A stretch of DNA of 28,213 nucleotides from an uncultured Roseburia sp. (GTDB lineage: Bacteria > Bacillota > Clostridia > Lachnospirales > Lachnospiraceae). Shown here piece after piece: positions 27,215 through 28,213 of this stretch; position 1 is the first letter of the stretch, and every line of letters starts with the position of its first letter. The translations under genes and the position numbers were made by a program. The notes below the pieces were generated by a model. That model did not search any database. It saw only the letters and a list, made by a program, of their open reading frames with translations, and was not told where the DNA came from. The stretch covers positions 1-28,213 of the forward strand of contig CAYWDL010000004.1 of the NCBI GenBank assembly GCA_964457015.1, written 5' to 3'.

Positions 27215-27230
27215 TTGCTTCTAGAAGTAA
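27215..27230. promoter_or_regulatory. Near-perfect 16-bp palindrome over the predicted tad transcription start (candidate operator)
   Basis: TTGCTTCTAGAAGTAA; perfect core CTTCTAGAAG with one mismatched pair. Confidence 0.45.
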
Positions 27231-27234
27231 GGCA

Positions 27235-27263
27235 ATTATAATTCCAACTCAAAGCTTTGTCTA
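27235..27263 (-). promoter_or_regulatory. sigmaA-type promoter of the tad operon
   Basis: Minus strand TAGACA-17 nt-TATAAT (11/12 consensus), about 54 nt upstream of ATG 27181. Confidence 0.75.
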
Positions 27264-27407
27264 GTACCCAATTTCCAAATCTACTTTTCGCACAACCGAC
27301 ATTTAAATTTTTTGTATAATCCTCATAAAAATTTGGCCGATTTTGAATAAAATTCCAGTTTATTGAAATAATCATATTATAACAAGAGTATATTTTAGGA
27401 GTAAAAA

Positions 27408-27629
27408 ATGAAGAAAAAAAGTAAGGAAGAGATTTATCAGGAAGAAAAAAAAGCGGAGCTTATGGCAGAACTGGCAGAGGTACAAAGGAGAATTGATTTA
27501 TTATATCAAAACCTTTCATATATTGTGGAGCCGGAGCTTATAGACAGCTGCATATATGAATTGAATGCATTTCAAAGCCGCTACACCTTCATATTAAAAC
27601 AAGTCAAAGAAGAAGAAATCGTAAAGTAG
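27408..27629 (+). CDS. yaaL: YaaL/DUF2508-family small protein
   Basis: EPELIDSCIYELNAFQSRYTFILKQVK motif; AGGAG SD. Confidence 0.8.
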   Translation: MKKKSKEEIYQEEKKAELMAELAEVQRRIDLLYQNLSYIVEPELIDSCIYELNAFQSRYTFILKQVKEEEIVK

Positions 27630-27641
27630 ATTTTGTAAGGT

Positions 27642-27668
27642 TAAGATTTGTGGAACAAATTCCGAAAT
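27642..27668 (+). promoter_or_regulatory. sigma28 (SigD/FliA)-like promoter
   Basis: TAAG-15 nt-TCCGAAAT versus consensus TAAA-N15-GCCGATA(A/T). Confidence 0.45.
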
Positions 27669-27728
27669 AAATAGTGTCAAGAGAATGGATTCGTGGATGA
27701 CAGAATATTTTGGACGGAGATTTGACCT

Positions 27729-28213
27729 ATGAAGATAAATAATGAATATGTAAATACCAATAATTATACAGATAATTTTTTTGCGGAGGATTTGAATGCT
27801 CTTTCAGCAAAGGAAGGGCTTTTTTCAAAGGCTGTGGAGAGTGTGACCGTATCAAAGAGTGAGTCTGCGCAAAGTGGAGAAAGGTACAATAAGTACGGTG
27901 AGTACAGCGATGGAGATGAAGAAATATATTCAGGAAATGAAGCTAAGGCATTTGATATTGAAGGCTTAAAGGAAAGTCTTAAGAATGTTATGGGGGAGAT
28001 GGATGGCAGTGACTATGAACGCTTGAAGCAGTGGGGACTTGCGCCTGCTGATGACGATGCAGAGGAAGTAGTTACTGTATATGAAAGAATTCAGATTCAG
28101 CTTATGACCTACTGTGAGGATTACAATGCGGCAGGCTTGACCATTGACAAGGATAAGATGGCGCGGGTACTGGGCTCACAGTCTATGGCAGAGGCTGTGG
28201 CAAAGAGCAGTGA
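27729..28213 (+). CDS. 5' part of a DUF6240-like (flagellar locus-associated) protein, running off the window
   Basis: ATG 27729 behind GGAG; the frame is open for 161 codons to the window end: MKINNEYV...MDGSDYERLKQWG...EEVVTVYERIQIQL. Not in the ORF track because it has no stop; family assignment is from memory of the motif. Confidence 0.65.
   Translation, partial: MKINNEYVNTNNYTDNFFAEDLNALSAKEGLFSKAVESVTVSKSESAQSGERYNKYGEYSDGDEEIYSGNEAKAFDIEGLKESLKNVMGEMDGSDYERLKQWGLAPADDDAEEVVTVYERIQIQLMTYCEDYNAAGLTIDKDKMARVLGSQSMAEAVAKSS

Noticed and set aside
27184..27375. 63-aa minus-strand ORF upstream of the tad operon
   Set aside because: It spans the tad promoter and SD, has no SD of its own and no homology cues.
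27345..27380. Sporulation sigma factor (SigE/SigG)-like -10 CATATTAT before yaaL
   Set aside because: No matching -35 at the correct spacing, and the background is AT-rich.
27182..27400. Possible c-di-GMP riboswitch upstream of the pilus operon
   Set aside because: No class I (GGCAAA...GAAA...GACGCAAAGC) or class II core seen, and the predicted leader is only about 47 nt.

Overview
AT-rich, origin-proximal chromosome of a Bacillota (Clostridia) organism, probably Lachnospiraceae-like; the taxon is inferred from gene content. 1-11.3 kb is the conserved oriC-flank run yidD(3' end)-yidC-jag-mnmE-mnmG-rsmG...parA-parB-DUF4446, with two perfect parS sites. Where noc often lies there is instead a divergent module of apparently degenerate proteins: an alpha/beta-hydrolase fold lacking the canonical nucleophile, a DegS-like kinase with His->Asn, and a LuxR HTH with a vestigial receiver and a probable ATT start. 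11.3-18.1 kb holds a membrane GGDEF-EAL protein with a C-terminal LamG-like domain, a GC-rich multi-hairpin element, murG, a HIT protein, a sensorless orphan kinase preceded by tandem Spo0A-like boxes, a flavodoxin-SCP2 protein and a rhomboid. 18.1-27.2 kb (minus strand) is a monoderm Tad/Flp pilus cluster. Its unusual parts are a TadE-like pilin with two His/Cys zinc-finger-like repeats, a leaderless minor pilin, a large pilin lacking Glu5, an FHA membrane protein, a split tadC and a palindrome over the predicted transcription start. The window ends with yaaL and the 5' part of a DUF6240-like gene with a sigma28-like promoter. No rRNA, tRNA, CRISPR array or transposase was seen. All family assignments are by motif recognition, not database search.
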